The position numbers and the translations under genes are program-made. A stretch of DNA of 64,000 nt, taken from an uncultured delta proteobacterium. Lineage in GTDB: Bacteria > Desulfobacterota > Desulfuromonadia > Geobacterales > Pseudopelobacteraceae. This document shows positions 10,900 to 21,324 of this stretch, in pieces. A model generated the notes under the pieces. It made no database searches, had not been told where the DNA came from, and saw nothing but the letters and a program-made list of their open reading frames with translations. How positions within the stretch are numbered: the first letter of the stretch is position 1; each line of letters starts with the position of its first letter. Where the stretch lies: NCBI GenBank assembly GCA_963772835.1, contig CAVYYZ010000002.1, positions 32,001 through 96,000 of the forward strand. The letters run 5' to 3'.

Positions 10900-11811
10900 A
10901 TGAAAACACTACTGATCGGCGAATACCGGGACGGCAAACTGCTCGAATCCACCTACGAACTACTCGGCTTTGCGGCCCAGATGAACGCCGACAGCGCCAT
11001 GCTGCTCGTAGGAAGCGACAATCAACTCCCCGCATACGGCGGCACACTCTACCTGGCTGATGTCGCCTCGTGCGGAGAATACAACCCCGACCTGCACAAA
11101 AAGCTGATTCTTGCCGCAGTACAGAAAGAAAACCCCGACTACATCGTATTCTTACACTCCTCCTACGGCTGGGACCTGGCACCCCGTGTAGCAGCCTCCC
11201 TCAACATCGCCCAGATATCGGAAATCATCGCACCTGCGGACGGCGGCTTCGAAGTCGGCTGCTGCAACGCCAAGATGCGCCGCACCGTCAAACCGAACGG
11301 AGCCAGAGCCGTACTGACAATTCAGGCCGGCGCCTTTCCTGTTCTGCAGCCGGGAGGATCGCCCGTCATCGAAAAACTGACTGCCGACGGCAGCGGAGCA
11401 GTGGAATTTGTCGGCTATGAACCGGCCGAGAAACGGGACGTCGATCTCGGCAAAGCCGAAATCATCGTATCAGCCGGCCGCGGCATCGGCAAAAAAGACA
11501 ACGTCCCGGTCATCCTCGCCCTGGCCAAAGCCCTTGGCGGCGAACTGGGTGCCAGTCGTCCGGTAGTAGATGCCGGGTGGGTGGAACACAGCCATCAGGT
11601 CGGCACCACCGGCCAGACGGTAAGTCCCAAACTGTACGTCGCCTGCGGCATCAGCGGCGCCATTCAGCATCTGGCCGGCATGAAGAAATCCGACTTCATC
11701 ATTGCCATCAACAAGGACAAGGATGCGCCGATCGGCGAGATAGCCGATGTACTGGTCGTGGCCGATGTCATGCAGTTTGTGCCGGCGCTTACGGCGAAAC
11801 TCGCCAGGTGA
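10900..11811 (+). CDS. etfA: Electron transfer flavoprotein alpha subunit
   Basis: SAGRG, GASRPVVDAGW, QVGTTG, GISGAIQHLAGM. Confidence 0.95.
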   Translation: MKTLLIGEYRDGKLLESTYELLGFAAQMNADSAMLLVGSDNQLPAYGGTLYLADVASCGEYNPDLHKKLILAAVQKENPDYIVFLHSSYGWDLAPRVAASLNIAQISEIIAPADGGFEVGCCNAKMRRTVKPNGARAVLTIQAGAFPVLQPGGSPVIEKLTADGSGAVEFVGYEPAEKRDVDLGKAEIIVSAGRGIGKKDNVPVILALAKALGGELGASRPVVDAGWVEHSHQVGTTGQTVSPKLYVACGISGAIQHLAGMKKSDFIIAINKDKDAPIGEIADVLVVADVMQFVPALTAKLAR

Positions 11812-12635
11812 AGGTGCTTCACGGCATCAGGATTGTAAATCTGGCGGTCAACCTCCCGGGACCGGCCGCAGCCCAGCGACTCAGCCGGATGGGAGCCTCA
11901 GTGGTAAAAGTCGAGCCGCCGTCCGGCGATCCGATGGAGATCTACTATCCCGACTGGTACCGGGATATGGCTGCCGGCCATGAAATCATACATCTCGATT
12001 TGAAGACCCCTCACGGCAGGGAACAGCTGGAAGAGCTTCTCAAAACGGCAGATGTTCTGATCAGCGCCACCCGTCCGGCGGCGATGGAGAGGCTCGGACT
12101 GGACACGGCCACCCTGCAGACAAAACATCCCCGCCTCTGCCAGCTGCTCGTCGTCGGCTACCCTGCCCCCCGCGATAACGAGGCCGGGCATGATCTGACC
12201 TATCAGGCTTCGATGGGACTTCTCGACCCGCCGCATCTGCCCCGTTCACTGCTATCCGATATGGCGGGAAGCGAGCAGGCGGTTTCATCCGTGTTGGCAC
12301 TGCTGTTCAATCGGGAACGATGCGGAGCTGGCGGTCATGCCATAGTTGCCCTGTCGGAGGCGGCAGCTGTTTTTGCTGAGCCGTTACGCTACGGCAGCAC
12401 GATCCCCGGAGCATCACTCGGTGGCGGCATACCTGAATACAATATCTATAAAACCATTGACGGCTGGGTGGCCGTTGCCGCCCTTGAGCCCCATTTCAAA
12501 CACCGTCTGGAGAATGCGCTGCATGTCTCTGCACCGGAAGAGTACCGGGCGGCTTTTGAACGTAAAAACTCCGCCTACTGGCAGGAGTGGGGGCAACAGA
12601 TGGATATTCCAATAGAAACCGTCCGGGACAGATGA
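11808..12635 (+). CDS. Short family III CoA-transferase (CaiB/BaiF) / alpha-methylacyl-CoA racemase-like protein
   Basis: GTG overlaps the etfA stop (GTGA). LPGP, GASVVKVEPPSGD, AGHDLTY, SDMAG, AALEPHF. Confidence 0.8.
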   Translation: MKVLHGIRIVNLAVNLPGPAAAQRLSRMGASVVKVEPPSGDPMEIYYPDWYRDMAAGHEIIHLDLKTPHGREQLEELLKTADVLISATRPAAMERLGLDTATLQTKHPRLCQLLVVGYPAPRDNEAGHDLTYQASMGLLDPPHLPRSLLSDMAGSEQAVSSVLALLFNRERCGAGGHAIVALSEAAAVFAEPLRYGSTIPGASLGGGIPEYNIYKTIDGWVAVAALEPHFKHRLENALHVSAPEEYRAAFERKNSAYWQEWGQQMDIPIETVRDR

Positions 12636-12676
12636 TTACTGCGTGACCCGGGATATCAAGATTTCAGGAGGTGGAA

Positions 12677-13831
12677 ATGTTTCTTGACCTTACCGAAGAG
12701 CAGAAGTTGATTCAGGATACGGCCCGTGATTTTGCCAGGGCGGAACTTGAACCGGTGGCGGCCGCGCTTGACCAGAGCGAGGACCGGGCACCACTGCTTG
12801 CCAACCTCAAAAAGCTGTCAGAACTCGGTTTCATGGGGCTGAACGTCCGAAGTGAGTATGGTGGTTCGGAAGCCGGGGTTATCTCCTTCAGCCTCGCCAT
12901 TACCGAAATTGCCAGAGCCTGCGCCTCAACCGCTGTGACCGTGTCTGTCAGTAACATGGTGGCGGAGGTCATCCAGGCGGTCGGTTCCGAGGAACAGCGT
13001 AAAGCCTACATCCCCAAAATATGTTCAGGTGAATACTCAGCGGGCGGCTTTGCCCTGACCGAAACATGCGCCGGCTCCGACCCTGCCGGAATGTGTGCCC
13101 AGGCGGTAGATGACGGTGACAGCTGGGTACTGAACGGCTCCAAGATATTCATTACCAGTGCTCCCTATGCCGGGGTTTTTGTCGCCTGGGCGGTTACCGA
13201 CAAGGATGCGCCCAAGGGGAAGGGTATCAGCTGCTTCCTGGTTGAGGCAGGCACACCGGGCCTTGTCATCGGCAAGGAAGAGAAGAAGATGGGGCAGCAC
13301 GCATCCGCCACAAATGAGGTGATCTTTGATGGATGCCGTATCCCGAAAACGGCGTTGATGGGGAAGCTGAATGACGGATTCCGGATTGCTGCCGGGGAAC
13401 TGGCCGGCGGCAGGATCGGAATCGGCTCGCTCGGACTGGGTGTCGGGCTGGCGGCCATGGATTATGCGACCCGCTATGTGACCGAGCGTACTCAGTTCGG
13501 GCAGAAAATCAGCAACTTCCAGGCTATCCAGTGGATGATCGCAGATGGGTACACAGAACTTGAGGCCGCCCGACTGCTGCTGATGAATGCAGCGTACCGC
13601 AAGGAGTCCGGCAAGTCCTTTGCCAAAGAAGCGTCCATGGCCAAGATGTTCGCCACTGAAGCGGGCAATCAGGCCTGCTACAAAGCGATCCAGATGCTCG
13701 GAGGGTACGGCTACACCCGGGATTTTCCGGTGGAACGATACGCCCGTGATGCACGGATCACCTCCATTTACGAAGGAACAAACGAGATTCAGCGTTTGAT
13801 CATATCACGTGAGATTTTGAGAAATATCTAA
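12677..13831 (+). CDS. Acyl-CoA dehydrogenase (short/branched-chain type)
   Basis: ALTE..AGSD, KIFITS, GGRIGIG, RDARITSIYEGT; AGGAGG RBS. Confidence 0.92.
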   Translation: MFLDLTEEQKLIQDTARDFARAELEPVAAALDQSEDRAPLLANLKKLSELGFMGLNVRSEYGGSEAGVISFSLAITEIARACASTAVTVSVSNMVAEVIQAVGSEEQRKAYIPKICSGEYSAGGFALTETCAGSDPAGMCAQAVDDGDSWVLNGSKIFITSAPYAGVFVAWAVTDKDAPKGKGISCFLVEAGTPGLVIGKEEKKMGQHASATNEVIFDGCRIPKTALMGKLNDGFRIAAGELAGGRIGIGSLGLGVGLAAMDYATRYVTERTQFGQKISNFQAIQWMIADGYTELEAARLLLMNAAYRKESGKSFAKEASMAKMFATEAGNQACYKAIQMLGGYGYTRDFPVERYARDARITSIYEGTNEIQRLIISREILRNI

Positions 13832-13841
13832 GGAGGCAGGC

Positions 13842-14807
13842 ATGAGTACCAGCAAACGTATTACCCTGCAGCACGCCGCCGAAATCATCAAGGACGGCTC
13901 CAGTCTCACCTTTTCCGGGTTTACCATCTGGCGCCGCCCGATGGCAATTGTTTTTGAGCTGATCCGTCAGCACCGAAAAAACCTGCATCTGATTGAGGTC
14001 CAGGGGGGCTCACATACCGAATTTCTGGTCGGGGCCGGCTGTGTAGACATCTGGGAATCATGCTGGGTCGGTCATGAGCTGTATGGCAAATACGGAGCAA
14101 ACCTCTCGCGCAAGGTCGCTGACAAACAGATCATTGTCGAAGATTACAGCCACGCAGAGATGATGTTCCGTTTCGCTGCCGCCGCCAACGGTTCACCTTA
14201 CGCTGTCACTCAGACGTCACTCGGTACCGATATTCATAATCCGGAATACGATATGCTCGGCCGTGCCGGACTGCGTGACGGCAAACGTATCGCGAAGCAC
14301 AAATACCAGTTCACCGAAGACCCTTTCTTCGGTGCCGGTTCCCAGGTGCTGATTCCGGCGGCGAAGGTGGATATTGCGGTTATGTGTGTGCAGCAGGTGG
14401 GTGAAGAAGGAACCGTACGGGTTAACGGTCAGTATTACTCCGATCCGGAAATAGCACGCGCTGCCGACATCACGATTGTCATGGCCGAGGAAATTGTGCC
14501 GGAGGAGTACCTGCGGCGCAACGCAGATCAGAACACCATCGCTACGTTCGAAGTCGATCATATTCTGGAATGCCCGTATGGTGCCCATCCAACCGGTATG
14601 TTCGGACGCTATGATGTCGACGGCTCGTTTCTTAAGGATTTCTACGGCCGTACCCGCACCCAGGAAGGGTTCGACGATTTTGCCAACGAGTGGATACACG
14701 GACAGACCCATATGAGCTACCTGGAAAAACTGGGGTGGCCGCGTATGCTGAAGCTCAAGGCCAATACCGCACTCAATTACAGTGTTCGTGAGAAGGGGGG
14801 TAAATAA
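13842..14807 (+). CDS. CoA-transferase subunit A (GctA-like)
   Basis: GFTIWRRPMAIVFELIRQ, LVGAGC, PYGAHPT; paired with a B subunit. Confidence 0.85.
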   Translation: MSTSKRITLQHAAEIIKDGSSLTFSGFTIWRRPMAIVFELIRQHRKNLHLIEVQGGSHTEFLVGAGCVDIWESCWVGHELYGKYGANLSRKVADKQIIVEDYSHAEMMFRFAAAANGSPYAVTQTSLGTDIHNPEYDMLGRAGLRDGKRIAKHKYQFTEDPFFGAGSQVLIPAAKVDIAVMCVQQVGEEGTVRVNGQYYSDPEIARAADITIVMAEEIVPEEYLRRNADQNTIATFEVDHILECPYGAHPTGMFGRYDVDGSFLKDFYGRTRTQEGFDDFANEWIHGQTHMSYLEKLGWPRMLKLKANTALNYSVREKGGK

Positions 14808-14809
14808 CC

Positions 14810-15631
14810 ATGATAATTGAATACGCGACTCCTGAAGAATACGGTCTGGCCGATCTGATGTGCTGTGCCGCTGCACGTGAAGTGCAGGATAACGAGGTTG
14901 TTTTTGCCGGCACCGGGTTACCGATGGTGGCTATCATGCTGGCGCAGAAAACCCATGCCCCCAACCTTAAACTGATCTTTGAAGCCGGCACTCTGGATGG
15001 GCGTCCCCCCGAGATTCCGACGTCTGTCGGTGACGCCCGCTGCGAAATGGGCGCATCCCGCTCATCCGGCCTGTACGACGCGTTCAGCATTGCCCAGAGA
15101 GGCTACGTCGATCTCGGTTTTCTTGGCGGTGCCGAAGTAGATGAATACGGCAACGTCAACACCACCTGCATCGGCGACTATCTCAATCCTGAGCTGCGTC
15201 TGACCGGAAGCGGCGGCAACCCAGACATCAACTCATTCGCCAAGCGGACGGTTTTCATCATGGTCCACGAAAAGCGGCGCTTCACCCCCAACGTCAGCTA
15301 CATCACCAGCCCCGGCTGGAGGGTTAAAAAATGGCCGGGGGGAGAATTTGTGCACCGCCGTGAGCTGTATGGTGCGGCCTATCGCGGCGGCCCGTCGGCG
15401 GTCATCAGCACAGCCGGAGTGTTCCGTTTTGACGGACAGAGCGGCAAGATATATCTGGACACCTGCCACCCGGGCAAAACTCCTGACGAGATCAGGGAGA
15501 TGTGCTACTTCGATCTTGACATATCCCGCGTCAACGGTGAAACTCTGCCGCCGTCCCGGGAAGAGCTGCACATTATTCATGAGGTGCTTGATCCGGAGCA
15601 GATTTTTGTCCCGAAAGTAAAGAAAGTGTAG
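14810..15631 (+). CDS. CoA-transferase subunit B (GctB-like)
   Basis: FAGTGLP, catalytic-Glu motif LIFEAG, GFLGGAEVD.YGNVNT, GSGG. Confidence 0.87.
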   Translation: MIIEYATPEEYGLADLMCCAAAREVQDNEVVFAGTGLPMVAIMLAQKTHAPNLKLIFEAGTLDGRPPEIPTSVGDARCEMGASRSSGLYDAFSIAQRGYVDLGFLGGAEVDEYGNVNTTCIGDYLNPELRLTGSGGNPDINSFAKRTVFIMVHEKRRFTPNVSYITSPGWRVKKWPGGEFVHRRELYGAAYRGGPSAVISTAGVFRFDGQSGKIYLDTCHPGKTPDEIREMCYFDLDISRVNGETLPPSREELHIIHEVLDPEQIFVPKVKKV

Positions 15632-15732
15632 TAATCACAGCGGTTCATGTCATGAGGTTACGTGGGAGCTTGACGCATACGTTTTGTATCTGCTACAAGG
15701 ATTGACCTGAAATCAGCAAAGGATGAGCGTCG

Positions 15733-15939
15733 ATGCCGCATATAATAATTGATGAAACACGTTGCAAGGGGTGCGGACTCTGCACCATCGCCTGCCCTAA
15801 AAAACTGGTCTCCCTGAGCGATGCCCCCAACAGTATGGGCTTCACCATGGCCGTTTTTTCGGGCCCCGAAAAATGCACCGGCTGCTCGTTGTGCGCGGAG
15901 ATGTGCCCTGATGTCGCAATAACGGTTTTTAAGGAATGA
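15733..15939 (+). CDS. 2x[4Fe-4S] ferredoxin (delta) subunit of 2-oxoacid oxidoreductase
   Basis: CKGCGLCTIACP and CTGCSLCAEMCP; overlaps the next start codon. Confidence 0.9.
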   Translation: MPHIIIDETRCKGCGLCTIACPKKLVSLSDAPNSMGFTMAVFSGPEKCTGCSLCAEMCPDVAITVFKE

Positions 15940-17027
15940 CTCAGATGCAGACAGACCACCAAGAAAAATTATTTGTCAAAGGGAACGAAGCGGTTGCAAT
16001 GGCGGCCATAGAGGCCGGTTGCCGCTGTTATTTCGGCTATCCGATCACTCCGCAGAGTGATATCCCGGAATATCTGTCACGTGAACTGCCGCTGCTCGGT
16101 GGCGAATTCATTCAGGCAGAGAGTGAGATCGGCGCAATTAACATGCTGCTGGGCGCATCGGCTACCGGGGTGCGTGCCATGACCTCATCCTCCGGCCCCG
16201 GCATCTCCCTCAAACAGGAGGGAATTTCGTACATGGCCGGTTCGGAACTTCCCGGCGTCATCGTTGACATCATGCGCGCCGGTCCGGGCCTGGGAGGAAT
16301 TGATGCTTCTCAGGCGGATTATTGGCAGGCGACGCGCGGCGGAGGACATGGCGGATACCGGATTATTGTCCTCGCTCCGGCATCGGTGCAGGAAATGTAC
16401 GATCTGACTATGCTGGCTTTTGATCTGTCCGACATCTATCGTATGCCGGCCATGGTGCTTGCTGATTCTGTTATCGGCCAGATGAAAGAGTCTGTGACCC
16501 CCAATCCCCGCCCGGTGACGGTACTGCCGCCCAAAGAGTGGGTGGTGCGCGGACGGGAGGACGGAGAGCCGCAAAACGTTGTCAAGTCGCTGTACCTGGG
16601 TGACGGTGAGATGGAGAAATTTCACTGGAAGATGCAGGCCCGTTATCAGGAACTGGCTGACAGGGAATGTCGCTGGGAAGAGGTGCAGACATCCGATGCC
16701 GAGATGATTGTAACCGCTTTCGGTTCCACTTCCCGGATTGCCAAAACCGCTATTGCCATGGCCCGTGAAGCCGGCATGAAAGTCGGATTGATGCGGCCGA
16801 TTACCCTGTTTCCGTTCCCCAAAAAAACCTACGCGGCACTTTCGGAACGGTGTAAGCATTTTCTGGCAATAGAACTCTCTACCGGCCAGATGATTGACGA
16901 TGTGCGCCTGTCAATAGCACGCGATGCCGACGTCGACTTCTATGGCCGCCCACCGGGCGCAGGATCACTGCCGACGCCGGAAGAGCTTTTCGAACAGATC
17001 AAGAAAAATTATCGGGCACGCGCCTGA
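15936..17027 (+). CDS. vorB: 2-oxoacid:ferredoxin oxidoreductase alpha-type subunit (Vor family)
   Basis: [31 protein letters not shown]. Confidence 0.85.
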   Translation: MTQMQTDHQEKLFVKGNEAVAMAAIEAGCRCYFGYPITPQSDIPEYLSRELPLLGGEFIQAESEIGAINMLLGASATGVRAMTSSSGPGISLKQEGISYMAGSELPGVIVDIMRAGPGLGGIDASQADYWQATRGGGHGGYRIIVLAPASVQEMYDLTMLAFDLSDIYRMPAMVLADSVIGQMKESVTPNPRPVTVLPPKEWVVRGREDGEPQNVVKSLYLGDGEMEKFHWKMQARYQELADRECRWEEVQTSDAEMIVTAFGSTSRIAKTAIAMAREAGMKVGLMRPITLFPFPKKTYAALSERCKHFLAIELSTGQMIDDVRLSIARDADVDFYGRPPGAGSLPTPEELFEQIKKNYRARA

Positions 17028-17046
17028 ACAGGCAAGGATACATTCC

Positions 17047-17790
17047 ATGAAACAGGTATTCACCAGGCCGGAAAGCCTTAAAGATGTCTCAACACACTTC
17101 TGTCCCGGATGCCATCATGGCTCGGTTCATCGCCTGGTTGCCGAAGCACTGGACGAGTTCGGCATACGCAGCCAGACTATCGGGGTTGCCTCTGTCGGCT
17201 GCTCGGTGTTTCTTTACGGGTACTTTGATGTTGATGTGATTGAAGCTCCTCACGGCAGAGCTCCGGCCGTGGCCACCGGCGCCAAACGTGCCCGTCCTGA
17301 CCGCATTGTCTTTACCTATCAGGGGGACGGCGACCTGGCCGCCATCGGCATGTCCGAGATCATCCACGCCGCAAATCGTGGCGAGGACATCACCGTTATC
17401 TTTGTCAACAACACAACTTATGGCATGACCGGCGGCCAGATGGCCCCGACTACCCTTCCGGGACAGAAAACATCGACCTCTCCGTATGGCCGTGATACTT
17501 CGAAAGATGGCTCTCCTTTCAAAATGGCAGAACTGCTTGCCAATCTCGATGGAGTTGCATTTTCCGCGCGTGTGGCTCTCAACAGTCCGAAAAATGTTCT
17601 TAATGCCAAGAAGATTATCAAGACGGCCTTCCGCTATCAGGTCGAGAAGAAGGGATTCTCCTTTATTGAGGCACTGGCTTCCTGCCCGACCAATTGGGGG
17701 ATGAGTCCTCTTGACGCCAACCAGCGGGTGACTGATGAAATGATCCCCTACTTCCCGCTCGGCGTATACCGCAATACGGCTGATCTGTAG
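17047..17790 (+). CDS. 2-oxoacid:ferredoxin oxidoreductase TPP-binding (beta) subunit
   Basis: [19 protein letters not shown]...NN TPP motif, GMTGGQ. Confidence 0.9.
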   Translation: MKQVFTRPESLKDVSTHFCPGCHHGSVHRLVAEALDEFGIRSQTIGVASVGCSVFLYGYFDVDVIEAPHGRAPAVATGAKRARPDRIVFTYQGDGDLAAIGMSEIIHAANRGEDITVIFVNNTTYGMTGGQMAPTTLPGQKTSTSPYGRDTSKDGSPFKMAELLANLDGVAFSARVALNSPKNVLNAKKIIKTAFRYQVEKKGFSFIEALASCPTNWGMSPLDANQRVTDEMIPYFPLGVYRNTADL

Positions 17791-17870
17791 AAAAGTAATT
17801 ATTTTCTGCGACACATGCGGAGAATGATGGTGCAACTCGTATACCCACGGTAAAAAGTTTGGAGATAATC

Positions 17871-18413
17871 ATGCGCTACGACGTTTTTTTTGCCGGTTAC
17901 GGCGGGCAGGGTGTGCTGCTGGCCGGCAATCTGCTTTCATATGCTGCTATTCACGAAGGGAAAAACGTTTCGTTTTTTCCGGCCTACGGTGTTGAAAAAC
18001 GGGGCGGGGCGGCGATGTGCACAATCGTCTTCGCCGACGGCGATACCGGTTCACCGGTGGTCGGAAATCCGTCCGTTTCGGTCCTGCTCAATCAGCTCTC
18101 ATTTGATAAATATGCCGCCAAGGTCAAACCGGGAGGAGTCTGTATCGTCAACTCCAGCCTTGTGGACACACATGGCATCGATCTGCCGGGCATTGAGATT
18201 GTCCTGGTACCGATGAATCAGATCGCTCTCGATATGGGAGATGTGCGGATGGTCAACATGGTGGCCTGCGGGGCATATATCGAAAAATCCGGAGCATTGC
18301 AGAGGACCTCTCTGGAAGCGGCGCTTAAAAAAGCTCTTCCTGAGCGTAATCACAAGCTGATACCGGCCAACGTAAAAGCGATGGAAGCCGGTGCTCAGGC
18401 ATCGAGAGGATAA
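17871..18413 (+). CDS. 2-oxoacid:ferredoxin oxidoreductase gamma subunit
   Basis: AGYGGQG, YGVEKRGG, NMVACGA. Confidence 0.9.
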   Translation: MRYDVFFAGYGGQGVLLAGNLLSYAAIHEGKNVSFFPAYGVEKRGGAAMCTIVFADGDTGSPVVGNPSVSVLLNQLSFDKYAAKVKPGGVCIVNSSLVDTHGIDLPGIEIVLVPMNQIALDMGDVRMVNMVACGAYIEKSGALQRTSLEAALKKALPERNHKLIPANVKAMEAGAQASRG

Positions 18414-18478
18414 TATCAAGAGGCGAAAAAGTCTTGACGACAGGAGCTTGATTTGTTACAAGAGGAGCTCTTCAATAT

Positions 18479-18553
18479 AGGGGTATAGCCAAACGGTAAG
18501 GCAACGGCCTCTGACGCCGTCATCTCTTGGTTCGAATCCAGGTACCCCTGCCA
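18479..18553 (+). tRNA. tRNA-Gln (anticodon CTG)
   Basis: Acceptor stem AGGGGTA/TACCCCT; anticodon arm ACGGC-CT CTG AC-GCCGT; T-loop GGTTCGAATCC; encoded CCA. Candidate promoter TTGACG-N17-TACAAG upstream. Confidence 0.96.
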
Positions 18554-18587
18554 CAATCCGACCGGTATGTTTTGCCGGTTTACATAC

Positions 18588-18642
18588 AAGCCTCTTAGGT
18601 CCGGGTATACGTACTATGTATACAGGAATTAAGGGGCTTTTT
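18588..18642 (+). terminator. Long hairpin with T-run after the tRNA
   Basis: AAGCCTCTTA...GTATAC-N7-GTATAC...TAAGGGGCTT followed by TTT. Confidence 0.6.
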
Positions 18643-18982
18643 CATGCCCTGAATATCACCCGGCATATCCTCGAACATCGTTTCCAATGTTGCCGTTCGC
18701 CTCTGCATCTCTTGCCTTCCTGCAGGACAGTTATCACCTATGGTGAGCAGACTCTAAAGCTTTGCCAGGATATGCCGGTGATGACGTGCTTCGATCTGAC
18801 TGATATACCTTCAATCAAAGCGTGGCAGTTCAATAATCCATAACAAAGTATTTCCAACAAGATTATAATTCATAATCTTCGCGTAGAAACATATGTAAAT
18901 AAACCACTATCTAACTATTTTTAATGCGTTTTTTATTAAACTGAATAATTCAACTATTGTTTTACATAATGGAACTTTCTTC

Positions 18983-19012
18983 TTGACACGCAAAACAGTA
19001 AAGTGGTACTTC
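18983..19012 (+). promoter_or_regulatory. Promoter of ABC importer operon (weaker copy of the shared 28-bp element)
   Basis: TTGACACGCAAAACAGTAAAGTGGTACT in AT-rich intergenic DNA; 20/28 identical to the element at 29312-29339. Confidence 0.55.
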
Positions 19013-19147
19013 TTTGCGTGAATAATGTCCCGGATCCTTGAAAAGGATTATTTACTGTATAAAATTCTGGCCAATCCGTTCGTAATTGTAGTATGGTGCG
19101 GGAAAATCTGCTGGAGGTAAATCATGAGAAGAAAAGGAGAAGGCGTT

Positions 19148-20337
19148 ATGAAATTTGCACAGATTCTGGCGACAATCATGTTCATGGCAGTTGTGTTCGT
19201 TTCCCCTGTGTTGGCCGCAAAAGACACGGTCAAAATCGGCGCATTACTTGCGGTTACGGGCCCAGCCTCTTTTCTCGGAGCGCCTGAAGCCAGATCGCTC
19301 GAGATGCTGGTCGCAGACATCAACAAAAAGGGCGGCCTCAAAGGGAAGCAGATCGAACTGATCATCAAGGACACCGGCGCCAGCACTGAAAAAGCGGTTT
19401 CCTTTGCGAAGCAGCTGATTGAAGAGGAGAAGGTTCTCGCAATCATCGGACCATCTACGAGCGGTGAAACGATGGGCATCAAAAAGATCGCCGAAGAGGG
19501 AAAAATGATCCTTCTTTCCTGCGCGGCAGCTGAAGCGATCGTCAATCCGGTGGCTAAATATGTATTCAAAACACCCCAGAAGGACAGTGATGCTGTTATC
19601 AAGATTCTAGATCAGATCAAGAAGATGAAGCTTTCAAAAATAGGCATTCTCTCCAGTAACTCCGGGTTCGGCAATGCCGGCAAGGGGCAGATTGAAAAAC
19701 TGGCAGCCGGACATGGTCTTACGATTGTGAGCAACGAGGTATATGACAAGAACTGCCAAGTGATCTGACCGGTGAAGTGACCAAAGTAAAGGCCTCCGGA
19801 GCTGAGGCAATTATTAACTGGTCGATTGAGCCTGCCCAGGCAATCGTCATCAAAAATGCCCGCCAGATCGGTTTCACCGGTCCGATATTCCAGAGCCACG
19901 GCTTTGGCAATATCAAATATGTTGAGGCTGCCGGAGCTGCTGCCGAAGGCGTTATGTTCCCTGCCGGCCGCCTGCTGGTTGCAGATGTTCTCCCGAAAAG
20001 CAATCCTCAGAAGAACGTGCTCATGAGTTACAAAAAGGAGTATGAGTCCAAGTTCAAGCCTGATGCAGCAAGTACCTTCGGCGGCCATGCCTATGACGCG
20101 ATGCTCATTCTTCAGAAGGGCATCGAGAAGGCAAACAGCCTGGATAGAGAAGCTGTCAGAACTGCTATAGAAGGATTAAAAGGGATCGTCGGCACAGGTG
20201 GCGTCTTTAACTTCTCTGCCGAAGATCACAACGGTCTTGGCATTGATGCTTTCGAAATGCTGACCGTCAAAAATGGTAAATTCACCCTGTTGGAGCAGAA
20301 AACAGAGAAAAAAGCTGCACCAAAAAAGAAGAAATAA
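19148..20337 (+). CDS. Liv-type ABC substrate-binding protein, frameshifted near 19750-19762
   Basis: Signal peptide, KIGALLAVTGPASFLG. ORFs 19124-19768 and 19777-20337 join as EVYDK-TASDLTGEVTKVKAS if two extra A are removed. Confidence 0.85.
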
Positions 20338-20382
20338 TCCGAGACGAGCCGATTGCCCTGTAATCGTACGGTATTTTTCCCT

Positions 20383-20412
20383 AAACACGGGGCTTAGGCC
20401 CCGTGTTTTTTT
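20383..20412 (+). terminator. Intrinsic terminator/attenuator after the binding-protein gene
   Basis: AAACACGGGGC-TTAG-GCCCCGTGTTT followed by TTTT. Confidence 0.8.
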
Positions 20413-20438
20413 CAGAACTCCCTGAAGGCGGCATAATT

Positions 20439-21324
20439 ATGGAACTGTTTCTTCAATATATTGTTGCCGGTGTCACCTACGGTACCATCTATGCCATCGT
20501 GGCGATAGGCTTCAATATTATTTACAACACGACAGGTATCATCAATTTTGCCCAGGGTGAATTCGTCATGCTGGGGGGTATGACGGCGTTTACGCTCAAG
20601 GAATACATGCCGTTGCCGCTGGCAATTATATCTGCTGTTGTAATCACCATGATTGTCGGTGCATTGATTGAGATCGTCTTCATCCGCTGGCTTCACAAGC
20701 CATCGGTCCTTCGTATGATAATCATTACTATAGGGCTGTCGATACTTATCAGGGAAACAGCTCTCCACATCTGGGGAGAAGGCGTAACGGCCCTTCCCTA
20801 TTTTACCGGCACTTCGTCTGACTTCGGTCAATCTTGGCGGTGTTTTCATTTCACCCCAGGTGTTCTGGGCGGTCGGAATAAGTTCAGTGGCGGTACTGCT
20901 CCTGGGCATTTTCTTCAACTTTACCCTTCTTGGCAAACAGATGCGTGCCTGCTCGGCGAATCGTGAAGCCGCCAGGCTCTGCGGCATAAGCACGAAGAAC
21001 ATGGTGACACTTTCGTTCATGCTCAGCGCAGCTATTGGTGCTCTTGGCGGCTGTATTGTGTCTCCGATCACGTATATCCAGTATGACAGCGGGTCTCAGC
21101 TCGCCATAAAGGGATTCACCGTGGCAATACTCGGGGGGCTTGGCAACAGCACTGCTGCGGTTGCTGCGGCAATGATACTTGGCATTCTTGAGTCATTCAG
21201 CATCTGGGCACTTCCCGCTGCGTATAAGGACGTTGTCTCGATCGCGATCATGCTCATCATACTTTTTGTGAAACCGAGCGGTCTCTTTGGCAATGCCGCC
21301 TCGGCTCGCCTGAAGGAGTATTAA
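20439..21324 (+). CDS. Liv-type ABC permease (LivH-like), +1 frameshift near 20815
   Basis: INFAQGEF in the first ORF; GKQMRAC..N..AA.L.GI and ILGGLG in the second. Removing one base restores GTSLTSVNLGGVFISPQ. Confidence 0.85.

Noticed and set aside
18604..18623. Paired GTATAC sites as a shared operator (also near 3799 and 47372/47397)
   Set aside because: Spacing is inconsistent between sites, and this pair is explained as the stem of the post-tRNA hairpin.
18616..18843. 75-aa ORF after the tRNA
   Set aside because: Starts inside the terminator hairpin, with no RBS or recognisable motif.
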